A DNA stretch of 63,962 nt, the filler included, from Choristocarpus tenellus KU-1152 (taxonomy: Eukaryota; Protista; Phaeophyceae): assembly GCA_964200185.2 (NCBI GenBank). It is 9 parts of 9 records of this genome, joined end to end, with 100 filler letters (N's around TTAATTAATTAA, not from the genome) between each part and the next. Parts side by side here need not be neighbours in the genome. Positions count along the whole stretch, not along the records: positions 15,077 to 30,854 come from CAXNAD020000930.1; positions 30,955 to 33,657 come from CAXNAD020025489.1; positions 33,758 to 39,358 come from CAXNAD020010281.1; 6 more parts are not named here. One strand, given 5' to 3'. Position 1 is the stretch's first letter; each line of letters begins with the position of its first letter. Made by a program: the position numbers and the translations under genes. Of the stretch, positions 25,501-38,300 are shown one piece after another. The notes below the pieces were generated by a model. The model saw only the letters and a list, made by a program, of their open reading frames with translations, did no database searches and had not been told where the DNA came from.

Positions 25501-28500
25501 CTCTGGACGCACCTTTCATATTCGTATACATTTTGGTAACTGTGTTCACATAAAAAATCGAAAAAGGACATAAAATCGGTTCTCTGGGAAGCCAAGCCCT
25601 AAACGGACCAACAGAGCAAAACTCCTACCCTCTTAGATGCTTTGACTTCTACATCAAAGCAATGTTCCCCACTCATTTTCAATGCTGGTGTGCATGATGA
25701 GGTTTGATGGAAGGTAAGTGCAGAAGGGCATGTGGGGCAGCAAGTAAGGGGATGGGGAGTAAGGCAAGGCTGTTCATGAACACCTCAACGGGAAATTCCT
25801 TTGGAAAGAATAAGGATGCATCCTATTAAGCCTTGGAGAATTAGAACATGACAGAGAAGAAGAAAAAAGTGCCAAGTTTCAAAGTGCATCACAAAAAAAA
25901 TGGCAAGGTGTTCCCCACCTTGGAAAGCATCTGCATTGGCTTCAGGCGGTACACGACCTCAGTGATGACTTGGATGTCAAAGCCATTGAAGAAGTGAAGG
26001 GTATTCACCAGTTGTCCGTGTGTTCTTTGTGCTAGCCCCATCCTCAGGGTGTAAGGAAGGTCTCGAAGAATGGGTACCTGCCAGTAGACATTGGCAAATG
26101 AATAGCAAGGGAGAATTAATGCAATTTCCCCAGGGACCAATAGAATAGAAAAGGTCAACCTCCTGTGCCAATGGGTAGGTGCAGAGACTGGGCTATATAT
26201 ATATAACAGTGGAGGGATAGAGGTGTTTGGTAAGGCGTGTTTTAAGGCGTGTTTGAGAGAGAGGATCACACTCTCTGTTTCACATTTTGCACCATTGATT
26301 ATTTCATACCTGTTGAATATTTGAATTATAACAGGCAAAAGACTGACTTTCGATTCTTTCAGTCACCTCCAGCATCAACTGATATGGAGGAAAACATTGT
26401 AGGCTAGGTCACGGTTGGGATTTGTTATTGGGCTCATACTGTGCTGAAGAACAGAATCTGCCAATTTCCGACCGAAGATCACCACCACTCATTGCTGATC
26501 ACAACCGCACCACCCACAACTCGTTCAGCAACATTTGTCCTCACCCTAAACAAAAACAAACACAGGCTCTTTTTCTTCCACTACGTTTTTGAAGCAAGTG
26601 TATTCGAGGCTCAAGAGAAGGTGTGATGAAGGCCGCTAGCTGTGCACTGGAAAAAGAAGGGGAGGAAGGAAGGAGGAAAGAACCATCATTGCGAGAGACT
26701 GGAGGGGTGTAGTGCAACCGGAAGGTAAGGGGGGACTCCATTGTCACCTCCTCAAAGACGCTCGTTCGCCCGTAGAAGTAGTCAAAGTGCTTGCGTATGA
26801 GCAGCTGTAGTGATTTTGACAATCCACGAGTCACAATATACTCCCGTATCTCATCCATTTTGCCGTTTTTTGCTGTTGCCTGGGGAGGTGTAGATGGAAA
26901 GGTGGGAAAGGGAGAAGATGAAGTGCTTTGACACCAATGTATTGGAAGGGGTAGTTGAAAGGTGGCATGCAATGTCGTTGTATGGTCCTTACGCCTGGCT
27001 GGAGGCGAGAAACGGTTCCCAGAGAGGTATGCTCATGCTGTACATACGGTACTGACTACTGTGAGTGTACATGTTTACTACTAGGTGGTTGTAAGTGTGG
27101 AGCAATTTTGTCGAAAGTTGTTATCATAATTAGAGGAACAAGGACCATGCTGACGGTTTCATCAAGAGGATTCCGATTCCGGATTATAACCACAAAGGAT
27201 ACATTTATTGTCACAGGCATAATAATAACTATAGTAATAGTAATAATAGTAATAACAACAACAACAACAACAACAGCAACAACAATAATAACAATAATAA
27301 TAAAGTTGATCCCAAACCGATCAGGAACTACACGAATTTTGCAAGCAACAGTTTGGTGAATGTGTGTAGCATCACCTTCAACAATTAATAAATCCATGCT
27401 CCCTGTGTCCCATAAGTCTGGATCTTAAAGGTTTTTTTTAAATTACATATTCAAATGTGAGATTCTGAAATAACAAATAATGTTGTTTGAAAGCCAACAA
27501 CTTCATCTTGCACATAGATATCTTCAAAATATTGAGTTATTTCAAAATGGGTGAGAAACTGCCCCCTCAATATAAATGATTTTTTGGGTGGTAAATGGCA
27601 GATTTAGAAAAAAACAGCAAAACTGCCCCAAAATGGAAAAAAATTATGGTTAATCTGGCATGATGTCTCAACGAGGCCTCTGACGAAGATACGATAGTCG
27701 TAACGGATTCCTTGGCGATTTTTGCATTGAATAGGTTAATCGTCACTATCATTTTCTCCTGATGGCGTTCTGAATCACTTGATCCCCATTGACAGAGACG
27801 TGTACAACGCAGCCAAAACTTGGTGGATTGATGGAGAGTACTGCAGTAACGAGTAACTCATTTAGTGAAAAAAAAATGCCAAGGAATCCAATGCAACTAA
27901 CCGCGCCTTCATTGGAGGCCTCATTGAGACGTTACGACCGATGAGCCACAATTTCCAGCCATTTTTGACCAGTTTTGCTGTTTTGGTAGATCTGCCAATT
28001 CTGAAGAACACGTTTTTGTTCAGGGGACGAATTCTCAACCCTCTCGAAATGATCCGATATTTTGAAGATCTCTATGTGCAAGCTGAAGTTGCTGGCTTTC
28101 GAACAATACAATTTGAAAATTTCTGAATCTCACGTTTGAAAGGGTTATTCACAAGAAAATTTAAAAGGTCCAGAGTTCTGGGACAGAGGGAGTATGTGGA
28201 GGGCGGTTTTTGTAACACTACTGTGCTGCACACATGGACCCTCATGAGATTTATTCACTGAATATTTTACATGCACTGATTATTTGACATTATCATACAG
28301 CACAGAACCCACACGGGAAGCTCCAGAGCGCTAAATGACTGCAAGAGATGACACGGAGCAACTCAGAACGACTCAGAGCTGTTGTTGAGAGTGAAACCTT
28401 TGAAAGTATTTTTCTCTTTGAACAAAGACATTTCCTGTGAAATTGGGAAAAAAGTCATCATCTCAGATTTTCCTCATATTTCCAAAAGTTTATCTTAAAA

Positions 28501-28760
28501 CAGAAGTTGAGGGTCTAGTCTTCTGAATCGAATATCCCTGACAAAATGATTCTCCAATGCTCGTTGCAGAATATATATATGACTTAAAGTATCTGGGTGG
28601 GGGGTGTCGGCTGTCCATTTGGGGTCCATTTTCCATGTCGCATTTTTTGGGTGATTTGGCTGCATACGTCGGATTGATAATGTAAGTGCACTTTTCCTGG
28701 CCATAGCGCAAAATGGACGCCCAGGTGTAGACCCCCCTCCCTCCCCAGATACTTTGAGCC

Positions 28761-28798
<38 letters not shown>

Positions 28799-30691
28799 CC
28801 AATACTCTGGGAAAAAAAGAAAGGATACATCTGAGCGGAAGTAAATGACAGGTGCTCGGTTTTTGGCTCTTTCGGGTGGAGAGGTCGGATCGACCCCGGG
28901 GGGGGGGGTCAGCGAGTAAGAGTGGAGATAATGAAATGAAACACTTCGAAGTACATGGCTCACCTGTGGGTCCATTGTCTCGACAATAACTGTGACCATG
29001 GCAATAATGAAGCCAAATGCAGTGGCACCAATGACCTGAGGAACAACCGTGCGAAACCGAGATGTCTTCAACGCGGGCGAAACCTCTGTAAAGATACATT
29101 TCTTCATTCATCTTGATGAAAGGAGCTCGCTGAAAGAAGAGGCAAATTCGAGAACTTCGCAAACTGCACCACACAGAGTTCATTGGGTCCACTTCACTCT
29201 CTATCACAGGGGAATGAAAACGCTGCTGCCGTGATACCTGCAGCTGAAGCTGGGGGAAGTTATCATGGCTATTTTGGTAAAATTGTCAAACGTTGTTGGC
29301 TTGCTGGATGCCTTAGAGAGCATTAACCTGCTACTTCACTCTCAGTGGGTTGCCTGCTTAGGTCTGATGCTGCTGCTGGTTTCCTATTTTCAATCACAGT
29401 AACGGCCACCTGCCAATACAATGGAAATGCTAGCTCTCTTCAATACCCTCCCAATCAGGTAAAGAAAAAAACGAGAGATTTTCCGAGGTGTAAGGAGTCA
29501 GAGCTTCTATGACAATGGCGACAGCAAGAGAACAGAAGAAAAAACGCTTCAAAACAAAATACACCCTTGCATTGCCCTCCCCCGTCGACAAAGCAAGGGC
29601 GGAAATGAACTGCTCAACCGTGGTCCACGTACCTCAGTTAAAAGAGCATAGAGCCGTTCATTGTTGGTGTTCGCTGACACGTCTCCATACCCTACGGACA
29701 TCAGCGTTGCTATGGTCCAGTAGAAACTTGCTAGGTACTATTGTAGGGAACGGCGACATGAGTGAGCGAACCACCAGAAAGAACGTGCAACTGGGGGTTA
29801 GGCTACAGATGGGTAAGGCATCATGACCTCTGAAAGGGACCACGTTTTTTGTGGCTCAATATGGGTGAGAATCTGCACTCCAAGCTGCCTAATTAGTTTT
29901 TGAACAAGTTGAGGCGCATTGACGGGGTTGGGATTATGGACGAACTCCTTAATCTCATCTTCTTCTTTTTCTTCGGGTAGGTTGCTAACCGTACCACAGT
30001 TTTACTAGTGTGAGGCAGAACAACAAGGACACACGGCTATTGCAGTGAGTAGATTCTGGTTTACCACACTCCGATGGGATGTGGACCCTTCCTTGATCAG
30101 ACAGTGAAACCAATAGACCTCTAAATCTGGGGATATCCAGCACAAACATCTGGAGTGGGGAATAAAAGCAATACACAATTCTAATTTAGTATATGCAGTT
30201 GCTGCTTTCATCACTATCCCACTCAAGGAAAAAAAAAACTCTTTGTTGTGGAAGGTTACAATTTTTCCAAAATCTCCTGCAGGAATTCCTACGAACGGGG
30301 TCAATCGCAGCTCCTCGACTGAATTGTTGTAGTTACTCCGAAATGCTGTATTTTGTCGCCGAACGGTTTTGTGTTTGTTTGTTTTTTAAGTAAAAAAAAG
30401 AAAAGAAACATAAACAAAGTATGCGACAGGCCTTTGACCCCGAGCGCGCTCACCTTTGACCCAAGTCCTTCCCCTCCGCACTGCGTCCACTCCTCGACTT
30501 GAGTGTTGTCGCACTCGTCAACGAGGGACCACATGCAACCGATGAGGTGGGCCACATAAACTATTTTTCCCAGGAGCTTGATCAAGCGCACCACGGAGGG
30601 TTTGATGTAGACAGTCATGTCCATCCTGGCCATCTTTCGGGACAGACGCAGGATGCGCATGAACTTCAGCAGGCGGAAGACGCGGATCACC
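17137..30691 (-). CDS. Spliced voltage-gated K+ channel of the CNBD (KCNH/HCN/CNG-like) superfamily with tandem channel modules; incomplete at both contig ends (span includes introns)
   Basis: Colinear, mostly phase-compatible exons: S4-S5, pore TLMSVGYGD, S6, C-linker, CNBD, linker, then a new S1-S3. Confidence 0.9.
17789..17969 (-). CDS. K+ channel exon: pre-S1 of module 2
   Basis: (ct)n-cgcag acceptor; ...EETVETAEAIHKRWIILPNAPWKQKWD(M)|gtaag, typical II.P....K..WD motif; phase matches next exon. Confidence 0.85.
18251..18435 (-). CDS. Possible K+ channel linker exon (boundaries uncertain)
   Basis: cag|IHVEGGLPLTGATVPTMARRTSLKETRMQMLVKPLAKKK...; open frame with plausible splice sites only. 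Confidence 0.4.
19473..19734. mobile_element. MITE family C, second copy (intronic)
   Basis: GAGCCAAAGTA...ACTTTGGCTC; internal similarity to 15604-15863. Confidence 0.7.
20331..20525 (-). CDS. Probable K+ channel exon (inter-module linker)
   Basis: VLVNWVLVPAENAAAML...LKTLRPIENIDV|gtgagt, 195 bp, in phase with the previous exon. Confidence 0.55.
21470..21550 (-). CDS. Probable K+ channel exon (post-CNBD helix)
   Basis: cag|VMKEQAMLEECLATTQTVVGTDTFQEK|gt, 81 bp. Confidence 0.55.
22604..22696 (-). CDS. K+ channel exon: CNBD phosphate-binding-cassette region (3' boundary uncertain)
   Basis: cag|VIAALHSGGSSFELGSLVLHDPMQFTYRA(CE); donor either gtgag (phase 1) or gc (phase 0). Confidence 0.75.
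22707..22975 (+). mobile_element. MITE family A, diverged copy (intronic)
   Basis: Aligns along its length with other A copies. Confidence 0.8.
23548..23640 (-). CDS. K+ channel exon: CNBD beta-roll
   Basis: EYLGKTGDVLDESFFVVEGRVEARRVMKGNQ, 93 bp. Confidence 0.88.
24142..24399 (+). mobile_element. MITE family A, complete (intronic)
   Basis: GAGTCAAAGTATCTTAGAGGGTA...TACCCTCTAAGATACTTTCACTC; no TSD recognisable. Confidence 0.88.
25389..25648 (+). mobile_element. MITE family A, diverged copy (intronic)
   Basis: Same internal sequence and TIRs; flanks cca/cta. Confidence 0.8.
25919..26077 (-). CDS. K+ channel exon: C-linker to CNBD start
   Basis: VPILRDLPYTLRMGL...LHFFNGFDIQVITEVVYRLKPMQMLSK, 159 bp. 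Confidence 0.92.
26748..26879 (-). CDS. K+ channel exon: C-linker
   Basis: ATAKNGKMDEIREYIVTRGLSKSLQLLIRKHFDYFYGRTSVFEE, 132 bp. Confidence 0.92.
27399..28192. mobile_element. Tc1/mariner-derived Stowaway-like fold-back element with long imperfect TIRs
   Basis: Termini CTCCCTGTGTCCC...GGGACAGAGGGAG followed by TA; arms complementary over roughly 320 bp. Confidence 0.8.
28581..28760. mobile_element. MITE family B, complete, inserted in a (TA)n tract
   Basis: GACTTAAAGTATCTGGG...CCCAGATACTTTGAGCC; TSD tat/tat. Confidence 0.85.
28964..29035 (-). CDS. K+ channel exon: S6
   Basis: VIGATAFGFIIAMVTVIVETMDPQ, 72 bp, cag/gtgag. Confidence 0.92.
29633..29737 (-). CDS. K+ channel exon: pore helix and selectivity filter
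   Basis: YLASFYWTIATLMSVGYGDVSANTNNERLYALLTE, 105 bp, tag acceptor/gt donor; this frame is absent from the ORF track. Confidence 0.95.
30454..30691 (-). CDS. K+ channel exon: S4 voltage sensor and S5 (module 1)
   Basis: RVIRVFRLLKFMRILRLSRK...RLIKLLGKIVYVAHLIGCMW; cag acceptor, gtgag donor. Confidence 0.92.
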
Positions 30692-30779
30692 CTGCGCATG
30701 CATGAAAGTGGAGCAGGGGATCTCGACAAGATTTATATACGCGAATGGACTGGTAGAATGTATTGCTGACCCACCATTT

Positions 30780-30854
30780 GACCCAAAGTATCTGGGGCAG
30801 GGGGGGGGGGGGGGGGCCTACCCCAGGGGGGCCATGTGGGCCAGAACCCGGAAA
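30780..30854. mobile_element. MITE family B, truncated by contig end
   Basis: GACCCAAAGTATCTGGGG followed by G-run. Confidence 0.75.
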
Positions 30855-31619
30855 NNNNNNNNNNNNNNNNNNNNNNNNNNNNNNNNNNNNNNNNNNNNTT
30901 AATTAATTAANNNNNNNNNNNNNNNNNNNNNNNNNNNNNNNNNNNNNNNNNNNNTGTCTTTCTCTCTCTTTTTGTTTTTTTGTTTTTCTTGGGCGTTCTG
31001 GTTGTGGTCGGGGTTGGGGGTTGTGGTCGAGCAGAAGTGTCCATTTCTGGAGGCGTGTTCATCTGTCCCCACTCGGCATGCCTTTGTTCACAACCGCTTT
31101 GACAGGTGGGGAAGGGGAAGGGGAAGGGCATGGGTGTGTTGGGTCTTCTCCTTGCATGTAGTTGGATTGGGGTTAGGGTTTTTTGGTTTACAGTATTGTA
31201 CATATCTTTGTGTAGAAGGGGTGAGGCTTTATTGCTGTCCTGTAATGTATGAAATATAAATATATATTTTTTGAAAGAACACAAAAAAATTCAGCCCTAA
31301 TGTAGCAGTTTTTTATTTGTGTTCCTTATTTTATATTCATCCTATTTATTTATTATTATGTACTGTATTTTCTGTGCACTGTTGATAATAGTGCCACAGG
31401 TTGGGGTTAGGGCTTGCTCTCTTTACTGGACAAGGTGTTCTGTATTGTACTTGATGGAAGGTATCACAACAGTGGTGGGTTCCTAGTTTGTGAATGAGTG
31501 CCACATGGCACTTCTCATTCTGTACTCATGATTTGATTGGTGCTCTTTTTGTAGAGGTGCAAAATTGTCTTGAAATGAAATCAAACGATGTTGTTATTGT
31601 TATTAAAAACCTTTTGATT

Positions 31620-31634
31620 AGTAGTAGTGTTTGC

Positions 31635-31673
<39 letters not shown>
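31620..31673. repeat. (AGT)n microsatellite
   Basis: Direct inspection. Confidence 0.9.
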
Positions 31674-31674
<1 letters not shown>

Positions 31675-32321
31675 TACAAATGAAAAAATCTTTGTGTATG
31701 GATGGCTGAGATGTCAATGAACAGATGAATGTGTGGTTAGTTGCAGGGATTGATGGTCTGTCTATTGGATAGATGGATAGATAGAATATTAAATGCGACA
31801 TTGGATGGGTGGATGGATAATCTGGTTGATGGTTGACAGAAGGATTTTTACTGGATAAGTGGGTGGATACTTTTGTATTGAGAGGATGAGATCTGCTCCA
31901 ATCAAGAGGTTTATTCACAAGAGTTCATGCCTGAGAGAAGTCTTCAAGGTTTGGGTTGTTGAGGAGGGATTAGATCAACCCACTTCAGCTCTTTCTTCAT
32001 TTTTTTTCATCTCTCATTATCAATGCCTACACATTTTGTGTAACAGGTGCAAAGCATCCTGTATTTCTATTGCCATTAAAAAAAAGATGTACTTTTTTAT
32101 ATAGCTCCAATGCACATCATTAGTGTAGAGTATTTTTACTATTATTATCAACAGCATGTAGTGGTAGTATTATTATTTACAATGCAAGAGGAAACAAGCT
32201 ATCCAATCATGTGATGATGATGAGGTCGACACCTTTTTGTTTCTTATCACTCCTTTGATTTTCTTTCAAGTAGTGAAATGAATGAATGTATGTTTGAATC
32301 ACCACTTCCAACTCCCTCCTT

Positions 32322-32439
32322 TTGTTGTGGTTGTGGTTGTTGTTGTGGTTGTTGTTTTGGTTGTTGTTATGGCTGTTACGGTTATGGTTGTTGTTATGGT
32401 TGTTACGGTTGTTATGGTTGCTATGGTTGTTATGGTTGT
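32322..32439. repeat. Degenerate (GTT/GGTTGTTAT)n microsatellite
   Basis: Direct inspection; explains the Cys/Gly/Tyr-, Val- and Thr-rich ORFs. Confidence 0.9.
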
Positions 32440-35329
32440 CTCATTCCTCTCTTTCTTCGTTCTGACCTTCATCTCACCATTACATCCTCCACCTTCATCT
32501 TCATCCCCTGTCCTCTTACCTCTGGGTACACCAGCATGTACCGTGTTGTAATGTAACATGCCATACCAATAACACACACACCACTACCATCCCGTGGCAA
32601 TAGGTACTCAGATGTGCAGTCGTGTGCGTCCCTGATGCTTTGGGATGAGAAGCCCACTCTGACCCCCAAGGAGATGAAGTCTATTGGGTGAGCTGTGGAA
32701 GGCCTTGTCGGTTACTTCATAGTGTTTAGTGTAGTGTGTTACTTGGAGGCATGTTGCGCCAGCCACCCTCTCTACTGTGCAAGTTATGAGGCAGTCCTTC
32801 CCCTCTGCATCATCTCCATGCTTGCCTTGGTTTGCTTCTCAGTCCATGGTGGGGTCAGTCACCCTACAGCTTGTTGGCAACCTCTGCCCTCTCGTCGTAT
32901 TAAGTTCCGCAGATGTTCGTGAGGCGGCGTTCCGTGGGGAAATTACACCTTCCTGTCATGTTTTCTGTGGACTTTGGTGTGTGGGTTTCATCTTGGTCGA
33001 CCCTTTATGAATTCGTGTTTTTTTTTTTTTGTTCTGTTGGCGTATGACCTCGAATCCGATTTTTCGTTTTTTGAGGATACAATGATGTGTAGTGGGTTTC
33101 TTTTATCCAACATGGTGTAAGGTTTTTATTTTCTTACTTATTTTGTTGTTGCTGTTGCTGTTGTTGCTGTTGTGAAAGATCAGACCCTGCTAGGGCATCT
33201 ATTTTCTTGCCTCTGTGCCTGCAGTAGATGTGGTATACCTCTGGGGTTGCTCCCCTGTCCGTGTGGTGGAGGTGATTGAAAGACGAAACCCGGATATTAT
33301 ATTATACCGGTGAAGGTCGGTTGATCATCTCATCTTGATGCTTGATGCTTGTGGTGAAATCCGCTCACTCGGGCACAGTCTGAAGTAGGATTGATTTAGG
33401 CGTCCATTTGGTTGAACTCCATCCACAAGAGACCACAAGAAATGGTTGAATAAATAGTTCATTGAATTGCTAATTTTCCCTCGTAAATGTTTAGAATAAA
33501 AGCAAGGTCAAAATTGCTCCCATGTACACTTCCCAAAACGCATGCCCTCCACTCCCCCTTGTCCCTTCCCCCTGTCCCTTCCCCCTGTCCCTTGCCTCCC
33601 CTCCCCCCCCCCAAAGAATTCCAGATCTGTTCAGGGAGTGTGTTGTGCAATTAAAGGNNNNNNNNNNNNNNNNNNNNNNNNNNNNNNNNNNNNNNNNNNN
33701 NTTAATTAATTAANNNNNNNNNNNNNNNNNNNNNNNNNNNNNNNNNNNNNNNNNNNNCTACTGATATGTTAGGACCTGGAAGTGACATTCATTTCATTTC
33801 TGCTGTGTTCATGATAGGATAAGGAGTAACTTTATATTTCCTTGTCCAATCTCGCCTGTTTATCGCATTGAAGCAGTTGTGCTTCATCCTAGGGGGGCAT
33901 GTTACAGGCGATATGTCTTGATGGCGGTTTCACAAGCACCATTACGACCTTGAAGTCCTAAATTTGATATATTTGTACTTCTTGACTATTTATTAATTGG
34001 TCATTATGGTCCCCCCGATTGTAATAAAACATCGTTGACCAGTTCCTTTTTATACGATGATATTGATGATAATCCAAGTGAGAGATCCAGCATATTTGAC
34101 TACTTGTCCATCAGGAGTCCTATTCGTGCATCAGTATCATCCATAGGCCTGTAGATTGGAGCTATACATCCTGTGGAGGTAAGCTTCTGGAGCTTGCTGT
34201 AACAACAATGCCTCAGCTAGTGTAAATGTGAAATGGAAATATATGGTTCCCTATTCTTGGCTGTTGGTTATGCTAGGCCACAACAGATGTCTCAAGAGGA
34301 ACTGCACTGAGGCGGAGGGTTTTTTAAGGAATTGGATCAGTTATTACCGTTGTGGGTGGATCATTACTTTGAATTATTACCTTGCGTCCCTGAAAGCAAA
34401 AGGTTAAATGTCCTCCTGTGTTTGTCAGGAAAGTATTGTCCACTTCAATTCTGAGGAATCTTTATACTGTCTATTCCTTTTGATTTGAACGTGAAAACTC
34501 GATTTCTCACCCTCAAGAATTGTTGTTAATGACCCTTATATCCAGAGTTCTGGAGTGATGAGGTTCTGTTTTCTTCCAGTTCCAATCTTTTGGACTATGT
34601 GGAGCAGAAACCGTGTGCCCACCTACGAGGAACACAGTCACCTCCCACTGAGTGAGCTCAAAACAAAACCTTATCTGCTTAAGGGGTACGCCATTGAGAG
34701 GGCCGAGGAATCCCAACGATTTCCTGCTTAAGATAAAGGATGCAAACCTATAAATGACCATCCCAAGTATTCACATCAATTACGCTTTTTGCGGATATGG
34801 TGAAAACAAGTTTGGAGATGAAAAAAGAGGTGCATGGGGATCTTCTTCCATTCGAAACTTGACAAAAAGAGGGATAAGGCCCTGACCACCCCATATGTGT
34901 ATGGATGGACCCATCAAAATGTCCATTTGAGTGTGGTTAAAAAATATGTGTGCACTTGTTAAGGAAAAAACGCCAACTTAGCGGGTAAATCGTCCACGAG
35001 TTCGCCTTGAAAAATTATTTAAACCTTCATCTCTACCTCTTTTAGTGGAATCCGATGTTATATCAGGCCAGCAACCCACTTTGTGAGTAGTAGATGTAGC
35101 CACAGGAACATCACCTTGAGGGTTCGAAGCAAGGGCACGTTGAATGTTCTCGACAACAATGACGGCAATTGATTGAGCCAGGTGTGTATGTGAAGAGTGT
35201 GATGGATCTTCGGCTATTGCGGCAGAGGGTGATGGAGAAGATTGAAAAGACTCTGGCGTCGGCACACCTTTGTCACAGAGAGCTTTTGAAGACTTTAGCG
35301 TCAGTACACTTTGGTCAGGAGAAACATCC

Positions 35330-38300
35330 AGATTATGTCGTGATCTGTATGCTTCAATCATCTCTGCACACTGAGGAGTTTCCTTTGCTTTCCGCCAGAC
35401 ATCACTACCTGGGGCAAAACTTCTAAACCTTAGCCGGTATGAATAGTTATGTGTGGGGATTTACGACCCACTCCAGGTTGTTTATGGTCTGCAATGTCCT
35501 CAACAAAGTATGACCCTAAAGTTGGTTGAACGCTCGAACCTTGTTCTATATCTGGATCAGGTATTATTCTGCCCAAAAATAAAGAATTACGAGAGTCAAT
35601 GCCTGGTTCAGGAGGGTGACCCTCTTTGTGTGGTTTAAGTCATGCTATATGCACAGTGATTTCTCGACGGTCGGCCTGCGCCTTCACACGGTAGACTACC
35701 GGAGTTATCCTATCGTTTACTTCAAATGGTCCTCTCCGCGGGGACAGTCACTTGGGGTTAGGAGCGTCTGCCGAAGTGTGGGATTTGTGTAGCCACACCT
35801 TAGCACCAACTTCATAAATAGGAATGGTGTGTTCAGTGGCCTTGGACTCGTTGCGCAAAGCCATCTCACCAATATTCTGTCTAGCCAGTTCATGTGCCAG
35901 TTGTAAAATATCCACTGTTTGCTTACTGTACTCCTAGGTAGAAATAGGCATGGCCTCTGGTTCTCCCAAAATGATATCGATTGGAAATGTGGGACGTCTC
36001 CCAAACATTAAATAAAAGGGTGTTTCTTGTACAGTGGTAATTATAAACAGTATTGTGAGCCAGTTGCACAAAAGGCAATAATGAAGCCGAATCCGATTGC
36101 TTCATATTGGAATACATAGCTAGCATACCATGCACTGTTTTACGAACTCTTTCAAGAATGCTATTGCCTTGAAGTCGATACGGTGTTGTTTTTGTTTTCT
36201 TGTATCCATAGATCTTTTGAAGTTCCAGGATAAGTTTATTTTCAAATTCCTTACCCTGGTCTGAGTGTAAGTTTCTGAGGCGCCAAAAATAGAAAAGACT
36301 CGATCTGTTCATGCTTTTGCTACAGTTGCCTCTCATTTGTTAGGGATAGCACTGAGCAACGCAAATCTCATGGCCAACAGCAGACAAGAAGACATAAGAA
36401 TCTTTCTCTGATTGAGTTTTGTGCTTTACTGAATCAATTGCCACTCTCTGAAATGGGCGTGTTTTTGGCATAATATGCCCTGGAGGGTTTGATAGGTTAG
36501 AAGGGGTTGTCTTGCGACTTTGGCATGATTGACATGTTTCACACCAAGCTCGAACAGCTTCACCAAAAACGGTCACGAATCCGATCAAAAGTGTGCTTGA
36601 ATGCAAGGTGTCCTGAGATCTTATTATCATGAAGGGCATGGAATATTAAACCTTGTACCTCAGTGGGTACTACTCATTCATCTTGGAATGTATCGTTCTT
36701 TCGAAAGTGACCGGGTTGATACGATTTGCATAACATCTGTTTGCTTTCCATTTCTTGTATGAAAAAGTAAGACATGGTATATATTGCTTCGTTTTTTGGT
36801 GAAAGGGCTTTTGCTGCATTAGACAAAATTTTGAAATAGTCTCCATATTGAGCTTGTTGAGCTTTGAATAGTACTTCAGGATCCACTGTTGGGAAACATT
36901 AACGGCGCTAGTGAATAGTTCCGTGTCGTTTTGTACTCTGGTCATTTCACCTAGTTTATCCACTGATAGATTATATGCAGGGTAAACCTTGGGTGTGAAG
37001 ATATCCGACTCTGTTTGGCCTATATTGTGGCACAGTGGGGCTAGAGGAAGTGGTGTTTCATCCAACATAAATTCCCCCAACCGTGTCTGGGATAACATAT
37101 CCGGAATGCAGTGTAAACGTCCCAGTTTATGTAAAACTGTGAAGTCAAAAGCTTGTAAAGCTAAGGCCCACCTGGTCAACATATTGGAAGTATCTTGCAT
37201 TGTATGTAACCAACGTAATGCCGAATGATCACTTACAACTGTAAACTGCTTACCCCAAATATATGGGCGCCAATGTGTTATGGCAAGGATGACGTCCAGA
37301 CATTCTTTCTGAGGTGCTGAATATCGTCTTTGGGTTGGCTTAAAAAGAACACTATTGTAGGCTACAATTTGGAAACTATCGTCCTCCTTTTTATGTGCCA
37401 AGAAAACTCCCATGCCAACATCACTAGCGTCCACGCGAATAAAGAACTCTCGAGTAAAATCTGGAAAGCTTGACGCTGGCACCACAGTTAATATACGTTT
37501 ACACTCATTAAAAGGATTTTGCTGTGGTCGTCCCCATAGTTGAGATAGACCTTTGTCCATTCCATACTTTTTTGTACTTTTCCTTGTAAGTGACACCACG
37601 GGTTCGGTTATTGCAGTCAAGTGGGGAATTAATTTCCTAACAAAGTTCATGGAACCTAGAAAGGATTGTAATTCCTTCACACATTTAGGGGCTTTCAGAG
37701 CAGTAATAGTCTGGATTCGATCTGGTGACATAGCAATACCACTGGGGCTGACTTCATGTCCCATATAATGAATTGATTTTGAGTCAAATTGGGCTTTAGA
37801 TGGTTTGAGGGTAACTCCTACTTGCTGCAGTAACGACAATACGCTCTCAAGAAGTTGGATATGGTGGTTCCACGTTGGGGAGGCTAGTATAATGTCATCA
37901 AGGTAAATCAGTAAGCCCATACTCGGTCCTAGAGTCGAAAATGTTTCCGACATGAAGCGTTGATATATCCATGGTGCGTTCGCAACACCAAAGGGTAGCC
38001 TTTTGAATTCGTATTTTCCACCGGTGTGACGAAGGCAGTTTTTTGGCATTTGCTGGCGTCGGTGATGGGTAGTTGCCAGTAGACTGACTGAATGTCGAGA
38101 CACGACAGGTATTTTGTTCCCCTTAGTGTACCCAAAAATCTTCCATAGATGGTAACGGCCAGGAATTGCGGACCAAATTCTTGTTCAATGAGAGCCTAAA
38201 GTCTAAACAGAATCGAGGAGACCCATCAAGTTTTGAAACTATGGTTACCGGTGACGCCCAAGGACTTAAGGAGGGTTGAATTATTCCCTGATTTTCCGTG

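Noticed and set aside
26955-27397. Ile/Thr/Val-rich membrane-like ORFs
   Set aside because: (AAT/AAC)n microsatellite inside a channel intron
32278-32577. Cys/Gly/Tyr-rich, poly-Val and poly-Thr ORFs resembling metallothionein, keratin-associated or mucin proteins
   Set aside because: All frames are open because the DNA is a trinucleotide microsatellite
36670-38103. Reverse transcriptase as a retron, DGR or group II intron system
   Set aside because: YLDD RT followed by RNase H, integrase and chromodomain is ordinary Ty3/gypsy pol
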